This document shows, one piece after another, positions 63,097 through 64,000 of a stretch of DNA of 64,000 nucleotides. Every line of letters starts with the position of its first letter. Within the stretch, counting starts at the first letter, position 1. The translations under genes were made by a program, and so were the position numbers. Source of the DNA: an uncultured Pseudomonadales bacterium (GTDB lineage: Bacteria > Patescibacteriota > Microgenomatia > UBA1400 > CAYNFZ01); assembly GCA_964398525.1 (NCBI GenBank), contig CAYNMS010000003.1, positions 547 to 64,546 on the forward strand, given 5' to 3'. The notes under the pieces were generated by a model. That model ran no database searches, had not been told where the DNA came from, and saw only the letters and a list, made by a program, of their open reading frames with translations.

Positions 63097-63357
63097 AGTC
63101 TCTCCTTTGCCACCACTTTAACACAAACCTCGCCGTCCTCGCCAGATTCTCAGACACCAAGAATCGTGATTTTCCCCCTACTCTTTTTCGTCCAACTTCC
63201 TATCTTCTCGTTTGCTTGCCCGACCCCCTTTCTTCCACTCATGGGGTCGAAAATCCCACCACTCCGGATCTTGCCAAGAATTCATTTCATCCTGGTAATC
63301 CCGCCAACCGCGTCTTCTATTTGCCACAAACCTTCACCCCCTTTATAAACTATATTG

Positions 63358-63525
63358 CTACTTTGAAGGCTTGTTCGAGGTTTCCTCCAGTTCCTCAATA
63401 TTAATTTCTTGAACAATATCCGAGTCTTCATCGGTCCCAAGTATCGAATTGCTTGCTCTTCCGCCTTTCTTTCCTACTTCCTCATCTTCTTCCCTCAGGA
63501 ACTTATTCATGTCCACGTGTGTCAT
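63358..63525 (-). CDS. small acidic protein B (tandem paralog-like)
   Basis: AAAGGGGGTGAGAGAAAAATG RBS nearly identical to neighbour; MTHVDMNKFLREEDEEV... Confidence 0.35.
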   Translation of the reverse strand: MTHVDMNKFLREEDEEVGKKGGRASNSILGTDEDSDIVQEINIEELEETSNKPSK

Positions 63526-63555
63526 TTTTCTCTCACCCCCTTTCAAATATTTTAT

Positions 63556-63738
63556 TTAAATAAGCTCAATCTCTTCTTCGTTCTCCTGGTCCAATTCCCA
63601 ATCCAATAAAGGATCAGAACTAGACACCCCTCCCTTTTGGTTAAAATCTGGATCATTGGCCAAATCCCTCACGAAATCATCATGAGCTTCTTTAAGCTCC
63701 TCTGACCAATCGAAAGTATTTCTGTGTTTGGGTTTCAT
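63556..63738 (-). CDS. small acidic protein A
   Basis: AAAGGAGGTGAGAAAAATG RBS; MKPKHRNTFDWSEELKEAHDDF... Confidence 0.4.
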   Translation of the reverse strand: MKPKHRNTFDWSEELKEAHDDFVRDLANDPDFNQKGGVSSSDPLLDWELDQENEEEIELI

Positions 63739-64000
63739 TTTTCTCACCTCCTTTTATTGTTATTTCCTTCACTTTAGCCACAGCTGGTAAGTTGTTTGTC
63801 GCCAAAGTGTAACAGACAGGTAAGAAATCCCTCACACTCCATTTCTGCCTCTTCAGTCCAACAAAATAATCACACCCAAAATCTTTTTGCTTGACTCTCT
63901 TTTCCCCTTCGATAAACTTGCACCTCGTTTGGCCAACCCCAAACTTAATTACCAAATAGTGATAGCCGATGCCCTTCGGCTCCTACTATGAATCAAGATT

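Noticed and set aside
63692-63955. 87-aa minus-strand ORF at the window edge
   Set aside because: Its 3' end simply reads through the RBS and start of small acidic protein A in another frame. Any real gene here would extend beyond the window. Left uncalled.

Overview
This 64 kb window is a gene-dense bacterial chromosomal segment with short intergenic regions and many compact housekeeping proteins. The gene content suggests a small-genome, auxotrophic lineage, possibly Patescibacteria/CPR-like; that assignment is inference only. The ORFs read cleanly under the standard bacterial code.

Main content, in order along the window:
- tyrS, recG, and an rpmF-nusB-rnc-rpsP-KH operon.
- A large minus-strand type IV pilus locus (5.6-17.0 kb): pilB, pilT, pilC, six prepilin-type pilin genes plus a PilX-like protein, the prepilin peptidase pilD, and pilM, pilN, pilO.
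- holB-like, gyrB, ppa, gyrA, a PfkB kinase and an MscS channel.
- A Xer-family tyrosine recombinase next to a 1.8 kb ORF-free, AT-rich, repeat-laden island (26.5-28.3 kb).
- yebC, and the lgt-lspA-rluA-tgt operon.
- efp, tRNA-Leu(CAA) and dnaB.
- M24, GNAT and TrpR-like genes.
- A consensus promoter and leader with a His-codon leader peptide and alternative hairpins, upstream of a DapF-like / unknown / M20-peptidase operon followed by hisS. I read this as a candidate histidine-responsive transcription attenuator.
- rpmE, prfA, htrA, ctpA, and the rpsF-ssb-rpsR operon, then ychF.
- A thiol-redox membrane module: a frameshifted arsR-family gene, a small thioredoxin-fold protein, a DUF318/ArsP-like permease, a thioredoxin, and a Trx-CcdA fusion.
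- An aminotransferase followed by three unknown genes.
- A TMTC-like TPR membrane protein, a distal pilin, and two tandem small acidic proteins.

No rRNA, CRISPR array, transposase or recognisable phage genes were seen.
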